A stretch of DNA of 6,540 nucleotides. Origin: a virus (taxonomy: Duplodnaviria > Heunggongvirae > Uroviricota > Caudoviricetes). The DNA is taken from the IMG/VR virus record IMGVR_UViG_2711768000_000006. One strand, 5' to 3'. A program made the position numbers and the translations under genes. Every line of letters begins with the position of its first letter. The stretch's first letter is position 1. This document shows, piece by piece, positions 6,251-6,540 of this stretch. The notes under the pieces are model-generated. The model was not told the DNA's origin and searched no databases. It saw only the letters and a program-made list of their open reading frames with translations.

Positions 6251-6433
6251 TGCCGGATACATCACAGTTTCTGGAACCTTAGGTACTACAGTATCAGTCA
6301 GGGTGCTATATTTTCAGATGTGATGAAAGCCTGTCAGCAGGCAGGGCGTATCGGAAATGACCCAGTAGAGAAAACGTTGACTCAGATACCGGTGCTGAGT
6401 TACCGGGAAACCGGCATCACATGACCGCTATCC

Positions 6434-6540
6434 TGAGGTGTACTGGCAATAGCGGACACTACCATTTGTTCTTTTTTTAAGCAGCCATCTGATGATATTT
6501 TTCCCTGAAGGCTGCCGGGGAGATATTCCCCAGACGAGAG
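6434..6540. repeat. Right arm of the perfect 107-bp inverted repeat (partner 1..107)
   Basis: Exact reverse complement of 1-107. Read on the minus strand it reproduces the upstream region and first 32 nt of the ORF at 76, then continues as only a 21-codon ORF (complement 6400-6465). Confidence 0.95.

Noticed and set aside
1-6540. Interpreting the inverted-repeat-bounded segment as an autonomous transposon or classical invertible switch
   Set aside because: No transposase, integrase or invertase ORF is present in the window, and 107-bp arms made of a gene 5' region do not resemble IS or Tn terminal repeats or short invertase crossover sites.
1-6540. CRISPR arrays, stx toxin genes, lysis genes (holin, endolysin), relBE upstream of hok
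   Set aside because: Looked for and not found: no regularly spaced direct repeats, no ORFs with the relevant signatures, and the ORFs upstream of hok do not resemble RelB or RelE.

Overview
The window reads as a co-directional (+ strand) segment of a lambdoid, Stx-phage-like prophage running from the nin region into the late regulatory region. In order it carries four small nin-type ORFs with ATGA start/stop overlaps, a Hok-family type I toxin locus (predicted mok-like leader, antisense Sok and fold-back complementarity), a rem-like small ORF, a DUF968/YdfU-like protein with an HNH-like Cys/His motif, RusA Holliday-junction resolvase, a Q-type antiterminator candidate with DnaJ-like CxxCxGxG zinc-finger repeats, a pR'-like promoter with a short terminated leader, a small winged-helix-like ORF, a beta-class DNA amino-methyltransferase with no visible restriction partner, and a tRNA cluster (Ile2-CAT, Arg-TCG, and a 3'-truncated Arg-TCT). 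The most unusual observation is that the first 107 bp and last 107 bp of the window are perfect reverse complements of each other. The third tRNA is broken in its T-loop, and about 420 bp of non-coding DNA separates it from the right repeat arm. No stx, lysis, integrase, transposase or CRISPR elements are present. All calls rest on reading the sequence and recalled family knowledge; no database searches were run.
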